Source of the DNA: Fastidiosibacter lacustris
Lineage (GTDB): Bacteria; Pseudomonadota; Gammaproteobacteria; Francisellales; Francisellaceae
Direction: 5' to 3'
Assembly: GCF_003428155.1 (NCBI RefSeq)
Contig: NZ_QLIR01000013.1
Location: 1 to 32,000 of the forward strand
Length of the DNA stretch: 32,000 nt
Every line of letters starts with the position of its first letter. The stretch's first letter is position 1. A program made the translations under genes and the position numbers. Shown in pieces: positions 31,954 to 32,000 of the stretch. A model generated the notes under the pieces. That model did not search any database. It had not been told where the DNA came from and was given only the letters and a program-made list of their open reading frames with translations.

Positions 31954-32000
31954 ATGCACATATTAGAGAATATAAAACATATTGCTGAGTTACCTTTAAA
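31954..32000 (+). CDS. Possible 5' end of a further ORF running off the window (MHILENIKHIAELPL...)
   Basis: ATG preceded by purine-rich AAGGGAAATAA, open to the window edge. Too short to identify. Confidence 0.3.
   Translation, partial: MHILENIKHIAELPL

Overview
The window is a fairly ordinary, AT-rich gammaproteobacterial chromosomal segment. The Mip/FKBP-like PPIase, PilB/PilC, IS1-type remnant and overall family makeup are compatible with a Legionellales-like host, but that is inference. Housekeeping genes I recognise are kdsD, xthA, a mip/fkpA-type PPIase, gpmI, serS, proS, pilC/pilB, trpF, gltA, uvrB, fis, ftsK and lolA. Two gene groups are less ordinary. (i) 2249-5874 is a compact arn-type operon: SMR/EamA flippase-like protein, ArnB, ArnC and an ArnA decarboxylase domain only. 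No formyltransferase domain, ArnD or ArnT is present locally. (ii) 19043-22110 (- strand) is a tightly overlapping five-gene lipid/acyl-tailoring module (ApeI-like hotdog dehydratase, GT2 glycosyltransferase, LpxL-like acyltransferase, hotdog thioesterase, LolA-like carrier). It resembles part of an aryl-polyene/fatty-acid-like cluster but lacks the ketosynthase, ACP, ligase and MMPL exporter here, and sits directly behind an orphan trpF. Other points are an IS1-like transposase pseudogene with two in-frame stops, a 937-bp non-coding gap before the arn genes, a palindromic putative operator before a WrbA-like flavodoxin gene, and a small protein with a faint RMF-like pattern. I recognised no CRISPR array, tRNA or rRNA. 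I found no clearly novel system; the reduced arn operon and the partial APE-like module are the best candidates for follow-up.
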